A DNA stretch of 64,000 nucleotides from Candidatus Oxydemutator sp. (GTDB lineage: Bacteria; Pseudomonadota; Gammaproteobacteria; Poriferisulfidales; Oxydemutatoraceae): contig OZ241883.1 of the NCBI GenBank assembly GCA_965203445.1, forward strand, positions 640,001 through 704,000. Direction: 5' to 3'. Position numbers and translations under genes: made by a program. The stretch's first letter is position 1; each line of letters starts with the position of its first letter. Shown piece by piece: positions 47,474-59,400 of this stretch. The notes under the pieces were generated by a model, which was not told the DNA's origin, searched no databases, and saw only the letters and a program-made list of their open reading frames with translations.

Positions 47474-50400
47474 CTAACGCACCGAAAACGGCCTGTGCCG
47501 ACCCTTGTTCTCTATCACGAAATACCGATCGGCGGACAACACCTCGCCGTCAAAGTCCACGTCCGCGTCCACCGCGTAATGGCCGGCCGCGGCCGCGGCG
47601 CGGTAGTCGCCCACGCCCAACGACGTCAGGTTGTACACGCGTATCAATACTTCGTCTCGCTCATCAATCACGCCGTTTCGATCCACGTCGCCCGCGACCA
47701 TCGCATACACGCCTGCCCCCACTGCGATCTGTCCATCCCCGTGCGACTGCCCGACGCGAAAGTCCACGCAGTAGTCCGCCTCGCAATCGGCGCCCGTGGT
47801 CGCGGCCGCCGGCACCGCCGACATCACCGACAGATGGTTGCGGTGGTGGATCAGCACGTACAGGTGCTCGCCTTCGAACGGCTCCGCCTCAAAGCGCACG
47901 CCGTCCAATGACAGCGCGTCCGCCACCGACGACGCCGCCTCGTTTATCCCGGCGATGCGACCGTCGCTCAACAGCAGACCCGCGGCGCGACCGCCCGTCG
48001 GCGGCCGCGACGACGCGGCCGCGGTCGTGCTCTGGCCGGTGCGCAACTCCACCAGCACCCAGTCCACTATCGTCGAGGTGACACCGGCCAGGCCGGCCGC
48101 CGCGCCCGCGTGCGGCACCGTCGTCGTCACCGGGTGCTCCCACGGCAACGCGTCGTACGGCTGGCGGCTCGGCAACAAGTTTACCAAGTCGCTCCTCATG
48201 CGGCGAGATCCGGGAAGCAACGCCCCCTGCAAAACCACTCGCGCGCCCACCTCCACTACGCTCCTCTCTCTGCGAATAGCGACGTCCGCGAACGACGGGG
48301 TTCCCAGCTCCGCTATATGGGTGACGCAATTCGGGCAGCCCGTCAGCCTCAAACGAAACCGCTCGCGACCCTCATTCTCCAACCGGTCGCTCGCCACGCG
48401 CACCGCTATCGTCGCCGTGCCCATCTCATTCAACGTTACGCTCCCGGTGAACGGCAGCGAACCCACCGAACGGGCGTCGGCGCCGCCGCGCCCCGCTATG
48501 TCCACGGTAGCCAGGTCCTCGTGCGTCAAACCTCCGGAGGCGGCGGTAATCTCATATTCTACGACCACCGCCCGATCACCGCCGCCACGCAGCGTGATCG
48601 TGAACGTCGCGGTAGTGTTTTCGCTCACCGTCGCGGACCTCGCCGCCACCGTTATCGGATCATTGACCGCTATCGTCGTACGCGCGACGGTGCTCGGCAC
48701 GCCCAAACGTACGTCAGCCGGCGCCCCCGTAAGCCTCGCGCTGCTCAACGTAACCGCCAGCACCTCGGGCGGTTCGATAACGCCGTCGGCGCGCACCCTC
48801 AACACAAACGACGCGCTGGCGGCGCCGGCTGCGATGACCACGCTGCCTGCGGTGGTGCCGATAAAGTCGGCGATGTCGACTTCGCCGCCCACCGCCCAGC
48901 TCCAACGCGCGCTCGCCCCCGCCGGCAAGGCCCCCGGCAAGCGCACCACGTAACTCGCGGTGCCACCTTCCGCCACCACCGTGCTCCCGGCGAGCGTCGG
49001 CGTAAAATCTACCTCCGGCTGCGCTTCCTGCTGCGACGTGCGACGCGCCGCCTGCGTCTCGGTAGCGCCGCCGAACACCAGCACCGGGTAATCAAACACG
49101 CTGCCGAAATCCCACGGCGCGTCGTCGTTCAAGTCGCCGTCGTCTCCCCGATCCAGGCCGTCCACGTTCAATTTGTCCCAGCCCTCGTAGATGGTGCCCG
49201 CGGCCGTGGTCGGGGCGCGCAACTCGCTCGATGTCTTCGGGGTGTTGTCCGGACTCGGCACGCTCGTTCCGCAGCATCGGCTCTGGCCGCTGCGCCCGGT
49301 GTCAAAATAACTGGACTCCACCACCGCGGCGATGGCCTTGCTCCCTATCAAGCCGCTGGGCACGCCCCTCGCTACGTTGTCTGAGGGATCGATTCTCCCC
49401 GTCGTCGCCCCGACCGAGTAACTGGCGCTCACCACCGACCCGACGACGCTTCCGCCTACCAGACCGCCTCCGGTTAGACCTGATTCTATATACACTTCCG
49501 CGTCGGCGTAACTCGCCACCATCACACCGAAATTACCCCCCACCAAACCGCCCACCACCTCTTCGCCGGATACGCGACCGCCAATCACGTAACTCGCCGC
49601 CACCTTGCCCTCGTTGCGGCCCACCAATGCGCCTACCTGATTGCCACCATCACCACCACCACCCGGTACACCCGCGGCCAGCTCCACCCGCGCGTTGTGC
49701 AAGCCCACGTTGCGGATCACGCCGCCGGCGCTCACCGCGCCGAACAGACCCATGTGATACGACGCCCCGTCCCTGGTCATCGTCAGATTGCTGATGACGT
49801 GGCCGTTGCCTTCAAAAACGGCGCTGTAGTAATCCGCATCCCTCAGCGCATCCCTCAGCCTCAGCCCCATACGGGAGTAATCGGTGTCCCCGCCCAGCGG
49901 CGTCCAGTTCAAGCCGGACAAGTCCAGATCGCTCGACAACTCGTAGCCGGTGCACGTGCTCGGACAGGTCTGCACCGCACCGAAAAAGGGAAACGCCGCA
50001 AAATAAGCGGCCCTGTTGGCGCTGCTCACACCCGCTATCCCGGCACCGCCCAGGTCGTGGCCGATCGCCGCCAACTGCGACGTCGTCGCCACGTCTATCA
50101 AGGTGTCATTGTCAAGGTCGTAGTCTATCTCGTCGCTCGCCTCGACGGTGGTCCTGAGCGGAGCCGGCACGCCCAGACCCACGTGCGCGGGCGCCCCCGT
50201 GAGCCTCGCGCCCGTCAACGTTACCACCAGCACCTCGGAAAACTCGGGCACGTCGTCATCGAGCACTACCAACGAAAACGACGCGCTGCTAGCGCCAGAC
50301 CTGATGACTACGGCACCGGTCGCGGCGACAAAATCGGCGATGTCGGCTTCGCCGCCGCCCACCGTCCAATCCCAACGCGCGCGCACCCCCGTCGGCAAGA

Positions 50401-53400
50401 CCAGCGGCAAACTCACCTCGTAACTCGCGGTGCCGCCTTCCGACACCGTCTCGCTGCCGGCGAGCGCCGCCGCAAGAATTACCCCCTGCGCCTGCTGCTG
50501 CGACGTGCGACGCATCGCCATAGTCTCGGTAGCGCCGCCGAACACCAGCACCGGGTAATCAAACACGCTGCCGAAATCCCACGGCGCGTCGTCGTTGAAA
50601 TCGCCGTCGCCTCCCTGATCCACGTCGTCCACGTTCAACTTGTCCCAACCCTCGTAGATGGTGCCCGCCGCGGTGGTCGGAACGCGCAACTCGTTCGACG
50701 TCTTCGAGGTGTTGTCCGGACTCGGCGGATTCGTTCCGCAGCAACTGCTCTGACCACTAAGCTCGCCGTCAAAATAACTTGACTCTATCGCGGCGGTGCC
50801 GGCCCTGGCCCCGATCAAGCCACCGATCTTAATCCCGGTCTTTTCCCCGATGGAGTAACTGGCGCTCACCACCGACCCGGCATTGCCCGCGCCTATCAGG
50901 CCGCCTCCCGTATTTATACCTGCAATCACTTCCACGTCGGCGTAACTCGCCACCACCTGACCGGAATTACTTCCCACCAGGCCGCCCACCGCCTGGTCGC
51001 CGGATACACTACCGCCACTGACGTAACTCGCCGCCACCTTGCCCTCGTTGCGTCCCACCAGCGCGCCTATATAAAGGCTATTATTACCCACGCTCACCTG
51101 CACGTCGCGCAAACCCACGTTGCGGATCACGCCGACGTTGCTGACGACGCCGAACAAACCCATGCTGTACAACTGGCGATCATTCCTGGTTATCGTCAGA
51201 TTGCTGATGACGTGGCCGTTGCCTTCAAAAACGGCGCTGTAAGGATTCCTCAAACGCTCCCCGAACGTGGTGGCCGCTCCGCCTATCGGCGTCCAATTCA
51301 AGCCGGACAGATTCAGGCCGGCCGATAACTCGTAGCCGGTGCACGTACTGGGGCAGGTCTGCACCTCACCGAAAAGGGGAAACGCCGCAAAATAAGCGGC
51401 CCTGTTGGCACTGCTCACGCCCGCTATCCCGGCACCGCCCAGGTCGTAGCGTATCGCCGCCAACTGCGACGTCGTCGCCACCTCTATCAAATCGTCGTCG
51501 TCGGTGTCGTAGTCCATCTCGTAGCTTGCCTCGACGGTGGTCCTGACCGGAGCCGGCACGCCCAGACCCACGTGCTTTAACGTCCCCGTGAGCCTTGCGC
51601 CCGTCAACGAGACCACCAGAACCTCGGAAAACTCGGGCACGTCGTCATCGAGCACTGTCACCGAAAACGACGCGCTGACGGCGCCGGGGCCGATGACCAC
51701 GGTGCCGCCTCTCGGGTCCACAAAGCCGCCGCGCACGGCCCAATCCCAACGCGCGCTCGCCCCCGCCGGCAAAACTATCGGCAAGCGCACCACGTAACGC
51801 GCCATCTCGCCTTCCGACACTATCACGCTGCCGGTGAGCGTCGCCGCAAGACTTGCCTGCGGCTGCGCCTCCAGCTGCAACGCGCGACGCGCCTGCCTGG
51901 TCTCGGTGGCGCCACCGAACACCAACACCGGGTAATCAAACACGCTGCCGAAATCCCACGGCGCGTCGTCGTTGTAGTCGCCGTCGCCGCCCTGATCCAC
52001 GCCGTCCACGTTCAATCTGTCCCAACCCGCATAGATGGTGCCCGCGGCGGTGGTCGGGACGCGCAACTGGCTCGACGTCTTCGAGGTGTCGTCCGGACTC
52101 GGTGGATTCGACCCGCAGCAACGGCTCTGGCCGCTGCGCCCGCCGTCAAAATAACTCGACTCCAGCGCGGCGCCGACTATCCTGTCCCCTATCAAGCCGC
52201 CGACCAAGTCGCTCCCCGTCGTTGCCCCGATGGAGTAACTGGCTCTCACTACCGACGCGCCACCGCTTGCGCCCACCAGACCGCCCCCGGTATTCACGTC
52301 TACGTGCACCTCCACGTCGGCGTAACTCGCCACCAGACTGCCGAAATTCGCACCGATCAAGCCGCCCACCGAAAACGCACCGGATATGCTGCCGCCACTG
52401 ACGTAACTCGCCGCCACCTTGCCCTCGTTGCGCCCCACCAGCGCGCCTATATAAGTGCCATTATTACCCACGCTCACCCGCGCGTTGCGCAAACCCACGT
52501 TGCGGATCACGCCGACGTCGCTGACGACGCCGAACAAACCCATGCCATACCACTGGCGATCATTCCTGGTCATCGTCAGATTGCTGATAACGTGGCCGTT
52601 GCCTTCAAAAACGGCGCTGTAAGGATTCCTCAAACGGTGCGCGAACGTGGTGGCCTCTCCGCCTATCGGCTTCCAGTTCAAGCCGGACAGATCCAGATCG
52701 CTCGACAACTCGTAGCCGGTGCACGTGCTGGGACAGGTGCGCCTCTCGTCGAAAAGGGGAAACGCCGCATAATAAGCGGTCCTGTTGGCACTGCTCACGC
52801 CCGCCAGCCCGACACCGCCCAGGTCATGGCCGATCGCCGCCAACTGCGACGTCGTCGCCACGTCTATCAAACCGTCGTCGTCGCCGTCGTAATCTATCTC
52901 GTCGCTCACCTCGACGACGGTCCTGACGGAAAACGGCACACCCAAACTCACGCGCGCGGGCGCCCCCGTGAGCCTCGCGCTGCTCAACGAGACCACCAGA
53001 ACTTCGGGAAACTCGGGCACGTCGTCGTCGCGCACCGTCACCGAAAACGACGCGCTGCTCGCGCCGGACGCGATAACCACGCTGCCCGTGGTCGTGCCGG
53101 CAAAATCGGCGATGCCGACGGTGCCGCCGCCCACCGCCCAATCCCAACTTGCACGCACCCCCGCCGGCAAGACCACCGGCAAACTCACCATGTAACTCGC
53201 GGTGTCACCTTCCGACACGGTCTCACTCCCGGTGAGCGTCGCCGCAAGAGTTGCCTGCGGCTGCGCCTCCAGCTGCGACGCGCGACGCGCCTGCCTGGTC
53301 TCGGTAGCACCGGCGAACACCAACACCGGGTAATCAAACACGCTGCCGAAATCCCACGGACTATCGTCGTTCAGATCATCGTCGCCTCCCTGATCCACGT

Positions 53401-56400
53401 CGTCCACGTGCAACTTGTTCCAACCCTCGTAGATGGTGCCCACCGCGGTGGTTGGAAAAAACAACTCGACCGACGCCTTCGACGCGTCGTCCGGACTCGG
53501 CGGATTCGTTCCGCAGCAACGGCTGCGGCCGCTGCGCTCTGCGTCAAAATAACTCGACTCCACCACGGCGCCGGCAGCCCTGTCCCCTATCAAACCGCCG
53601 ACCACCGCCCCGGTCGGTTTGCCGATGGAGTAACTGGCGCTCACCACCGACCCGGCACGGACTTCGCCTACCAGGCCGCCCACGTTACTTATATCAGCAT
53701 GCACTTCCGCGTCGGCGTAACTCGCGACCAACCTGCCGTGATGATCCCCTATCAAGCCGCCCACCCCCTGTTCGCCGGATACACTGCCATTACTCACGTA
53801 ACTCGCCGCCACTCTGCCATCGTTGCGTCCCACCAGCGCACCTGCAAAAACGCCACCGCCGCTACCGCGTACAACCAAGTCCAGCCGCGCGTTGCGCAAG
53901 CCCACGTTGCGGATCACGCCGTCGGCGCCGACGACGCCGAACAGACCCAGGTAATACCACTTCCCGCGCCTGGTCATCCGCAAATTGCTGATGACGTGGC
54001 CGTTGCCTTCAAAAACGGCGGTGTACGTATCTCCCGGAAGGTCTTCAAACCTGACCCCCCCGCCTAGCGGCGTCCAGTCCGGGATGCCGGACAAGTCCAG
54101 GTCGGCCGACAATTCGTAGCCGGTGCACGTGCCCGGACAGGTCCGCGTCTCGTCGTACAGGGGAAACGCCGCCCGATAAGCGGCCTCGTTGGCACTGCTC
54201 ACGCCCGCTATCCCGGCACCGCCCAGGTCGTGGCGAATCGCCGCCAACTGCGACGTCGTCGCCACCTCTATCAAGGCGTCGTCGTCGACGTCGTAATCTA
54301 TCTCGTCGCTCACCTCGATGGTGGTCATCACGGCGGAAACCGGCACGCCCAAACTCACGCGCTCCGGTGCCCCCGTGAGCCTCGCGCTGCTCAACGAGAC
54401 CACCAGGAACTCGGAAAACTCGGGCACGTCGTCGTCGCGCACCCTCAGCGAAAACGACGCGCTGCTCGCGCCGGACGCGATGACCACGCTGCCTGCGGTC
54501 GTGCCGACGAAGTCGGCGATGCCGACGGTGCCGCCGCCCGCCGCCCAATCCCAACTCGCACGCACCCCCGCCGGCAAGACCAGCGGCAAACTCACCACGT
54601 AACTCGCGGTGCCGCCTTCCGACACGGTCTCGCTCCCGACGAGCGTCACCGTAGGAGTTACCCCCTGCGCCTGCTGCTGCGACGTGCGACGCATCGCCCT
54701 GGTCTCGGTGGCGCCGCCGAACACCAGCACCGGGTAATCAAACACGCCGCCGAAGTCCCACGGCGCGTCGTCGTTGTAGTCGCCGTCGCGTCCCTGATCC
54801 ACGTCGTCCACGTTCAACTTATCCCAACCCTCGTAGATGGTGCCCGCCGCCGCGGTCGGGGCGTGCAACTGCAAGGAAGTCCTGGGCGCGGTGTCCGTAG
54901 TCGGTACGTTACCGGCGCCGCAACACGCGGACTGCCCGCTGCGCCCCTTGGCAAAGTAACTGCTCTCTATCGCGGTGGATGCAGCTACGTTGTAGCCCAC
55001 CAAACCGCCTCTGGTCAGATCCAGCAACCAAAAGGCGGGCGCAAGCCCCACCGCTCCCAATGAATAACTCGCCGTGATCTTCCCGCCGGAACCGTTACCA
55101 CCCACCAGACCGCCGGCACCGTCGGAACCCACCCCCACGATCACGTCGGTGTAACCGGCAATGATCGTTCCCCTATTGTCAGCCACCAGACCACCCACGC
55201 CCCAACCGCCGTACACCGTACCGCCCACCACGTAACTCGCCGCCACCTTGCCGCCGTAATTGGCACCCGCCAACGCGCCCGTCTGTACGCTGTTCCTATG
55301 CACGCCCACGTCCACGTTCGTCAAACCCACGTTGCGGATGACACCGTCGTCGCTCAACGCGCGGAACAAGCCCACAAAGTGCCAAATTTCATTCAGGGCA
55401 CCCACTTTCATATTGCTGATAACGTGGCCGTTGCCCTCGAACACCGCGTTGTAACGGTGCTCCTCAGGCAGCACGTTGCCACTGGCGATGGACCTGCGCT
55501 CGCCACCCCCTATCGGCTTCCAGTCCTCCCCCGACAGGTCTATATCGTTCGACAATTCGTAACCGGTGCACGTGCTGGGACAGGTGCGCCTCTCATCGAA
55601 AAAGGGAAACGCCCGGTCATACTCAATCAGGTCGTCTGCCTCACCTACGCTGATCCTGCCCCCACCTCTCAAGTCATAGCGTATCGCCGCCAGCTGCGAC
55701 GTCGTCGCCACCTCTATCAAGGTGTCGTCGTCGACGTCGTAATCTCTTCCGACCCCGTCGCTTAACTCGACGACGGTCCTGACGGAAACCGGCGCGCCTA
55801 AATCCACATCACGCGCAGGCACCCCCGTGAGCCTCGCGCCCGTCAACGTTACCACCAGAACCTCGGACGGCTCGGGCACGTCGTCATCAAGCACTGTCAC
55901 CGAAAACGACGCGCTGACGGCGCCCGCGGCGATGACCACGCTGCCCGCGGTCGTGCCGACAAAGTCGGCGATGTCGACTTCGCCGCCCACCGTCCAACTC
56001 CAACTCACCGTCACCCCCGCCGGCAAGACCTCCGGCAGGCGCACCACGTAACTCGCGGTGCCACCTTCCGGCACCGTCGCGCTGCCGGTGAGCGTCGGCG
56101 CAAGAATTACCCGCGGCTGCGCCTCCTGCTGCGACGTGCGACGCATCGCCCTGGTCTCGGTAGCGCCGCCGAACACCAGCACCGGATAATCGAACACGCC
56201 GCCGAAATCCCACGGCGCGTCGTCGTTGTAGTCGCCGTCGCGTCCCTGATCCAGGCGGTCCACGTTCAACTGGTCCCAGCCCTCGTAGATGGTGCCCGCG
56301 GCCGTGGTCGGGACGCGCAACTCGCCCGACGTCTTCGGGGCGACGTTGTTCAAAGCACCCGGGTTCGTTCCACAGCAACCGGCCCGTAGGCTGCGCTTCG

Positions 56401-59400
56401 TATCAAAATAACTGGACTCCACCACGGCGCCGACTGCCCTTTGCCCTATCAAGCCGCCGACGGTATTCCCCGTCGGTTTTCCGACCGAGTAACTGGCGCT
56501 CACCACCGATGGAACAAAGGCTTGGCCTACCAGACCGCCCACGGTACCTCCACCGGCATGCACTTCCACGTCGGCATAACTCGCCACCAAGCGGCCGTAA
56601 TGACCCCCTATCAAACCACCCACCCCCCATACGCCGGATATGCGACCGCCACTGACGTAACTCGCCGCCACTTCGCCGTCGTTGCGGCCCACCAGCGCTC
56701 CTATAAAAGTACTATGATCGCCCAGGGACACCCGCGCGTTGCGCAAGCCCACGTTGTGGATCACGCCGCCGGCGCCGACGGCGCCAAACAAACCCGCGTG
56801 AGACAACCGTCCACCCCTGGCCACCCGCAGATTGCTGACGACGTGGCCGTTGCCTTCAAAAACAGCGGTGTAATAATTATCCAGAAGGCTGTCCCCTCCC
56901 CCGCCCAGCGGCGTCCAGCCCGCGCCCGGGGCCGGGTTCACGCTGGACAAATCCAGGTCGGCCGACAACTCGTAGCCGGTGCACGTGCTGAGACAGGTGC
57001 GCATCTCATCGAAAAAGGGAAACGCCGCCCGATAAGCACTCCTGTTGGCACCGCCGCTGACGCCCGCTAATCCGGCACCGCCCAGGTCGTAGCGGATCGC
57101 CGCCAACTGCGACGTCGTCGCCACCTCTATCAAGGTGTCGTCGTCGGCGTCGTAGTCGGTGCCTTCGCTCATCTCGATGGTGGTCACCTGGGGAGTCGTG
57201 CCCCTCGATGCCACCTCCGCTCCCACGTCCGCGACCAGGTTCACGCTCACCTGGAAGCGCTCCGGGTATTCCGCGTCCTGGTCATCGAAAACGTGAACCG
57301 AAAACGTCGTCCTGCTGCCGCCCGTCATGATGATCGCGGTGCCGGTCGGAAAATCGGCCAGCGCCGTCGTTGCCGTGGCGTCGGCGCGAAAATCCCCGGG
57401 CGCCGCGCCGTCGCTCCCGGCCGCCGCGGAAACGACCCAACTCACGGTAACCGGACGGGGCACCTCGATGGGCACGCCCACGGTGTACTCCGCCGTTGCT
57501 CCCTCGGCCACCGTCGCGCTCCCCCTCAAGGTCACCACCTGCTGCACCCCGATCTGCGATGCCCGACGTGCCGACCTCGTGCCGGTAGCACCGCCGAACA
57601 CCAACACCGGGTAATCAAACTCGGTGCCAAAATCCCACGGCGCGTCGTCGTTGTAGTCGCCGTCGCGTCCCTGATCGACGCGATCCACGTTCAACTGGTC
57701 CCAGCCCTCGTAGAGGGTGCCCGTCGCCGTGGTCGGGATGCGCAAATCGTTCGACGTCCTCGGGGCGTCGTCCGGACTCGGCCATCTCTCTCCGCAGCAT
57801 CGGTGCTCGCCGCTGCGCACGCCGTCGAAGTAACTTGCGCTCAATACGCTGCTTCCCGAGCGCCCGCCCACCAGACCGCCTACCGAACGTGAATTGTCGC
57901 TTCTCACCACCCTGCTCACAGAGTAACTCGCGCTCACCACCCCGGAACCAGACAAACTGCCCACCAATCCGCCCAATGACCGATCCGTCGCAGCCACCGA
58001 TACGTCCGCGTAACTCGCTATCAACGTGCCGCCGTTGGCCCCCGTCAGACCCCCCACCTCCCAACCGCCGCTCACCGATCCACCCGACACGTAACTCGCC
58101 GCCACCCGCCCATAACTATGACCCACCAAGGCGCCCGCTCCTATGCTACCGCTGAAGCCTCCCCGCACGTCCACGACCACGTCCCGCAGACCCACGCCCC
58201 GCACCCAGCCGGCCTCGCCCAACGCGCCGAACAAGCCGACATAATGCCAATTCTGCGACGGGCTGCGGATACGCATGTTCCTGATCACGTGACCGTTGCC
58301 CTCGAAGCCCCCCTGGTAGCGGCCATCCAGGGGCGGGGTGTTGCTGTTGCCCGGCCCCACCCGGCTGCGCCGAGTAGCGCCGCCTATCGGCGTCCAGTCC
58401 ACGCCGGACAGGTCCAGGTCGGCCGATAACTCGTAACCGGTGCACGTTCCGGGGCAGGTCTGCTCCACGTCGAAAAAGGGAAACGCCGCCAGATAAGCGG
58501 CCCTGTTCGCATCGCCGCCCACGCCCGCCAGCCCGGCGCCGCCCAAGTCGTGGCGGATCGCCGCCAACTGCGACGTCGTCGCCACCTCTATCAAGCCGTC
58601 GTTGTCTACGTCGTAGCCTATCCCGTCGCTCGCCTCGATCGTGGTCCTGACGGAAACCGGCACGCCCAAACTCACACTGCGCGCGGGCGCTCCCACGAGC
58701 CTCGCGCTGCTCAACGTTACCACCAGTACCTCGAACGACTCGGGCACGGCGTCGTCGCGCACCCTCAGCGAAAACGACGCGCTGACGGCGCCCGAGGCGA
58801 TGACCACGCTGCCTGCGGTCGTGCCGACGAAGTCGGCGGCGCTGACGTCGCCGCCCACCGTCCAACTCCAACTCACGGTCACCCCCGTCGGCAAGACCAC
58901 CGGCAAGCGCACCACGTAACTCGCGGTGCCGCCTTCCGCCACGGTCTCGCTCCCGGCGAGCGTCGCCGCAAGACTTACCCGCGGCCGCGCCTGCTGCTGC
59001 GACGTGCGACGCATCGCCCTGGTCTCGGTGGCGCCGCCGAACACCAACACCGGGTAATCAAACACGCCGCCGAAGTCCCACGGCGCGTCGTCGTTGTAGT
59101 CGCCGTCGCCGCCCTGATCCACGTCGTCCACGTTCAACCGGTCCCAACCCTCATAGATGGTGCCCGCGGCCGCGGTCGGGGCGCGCAACTGAAAGGAAGT
59201 CCTGGGCGCGGTGTCCGTAGTCGGTACGTTACCGGCGCCGCAACACGCGGACCGTCTGCTGAGCCCTTTGGCAAAGTAACTGCTCTCTATCGCGGTGGAT
59301 GCAGCCGTGTTGTAGCCCACCAAACCGCCTCTGGTCAGATCCAGCAGCCAAAAGGCGGGCGCAAGCCCCACCACTCCCAATGAATAACTTGCCGTGATCT

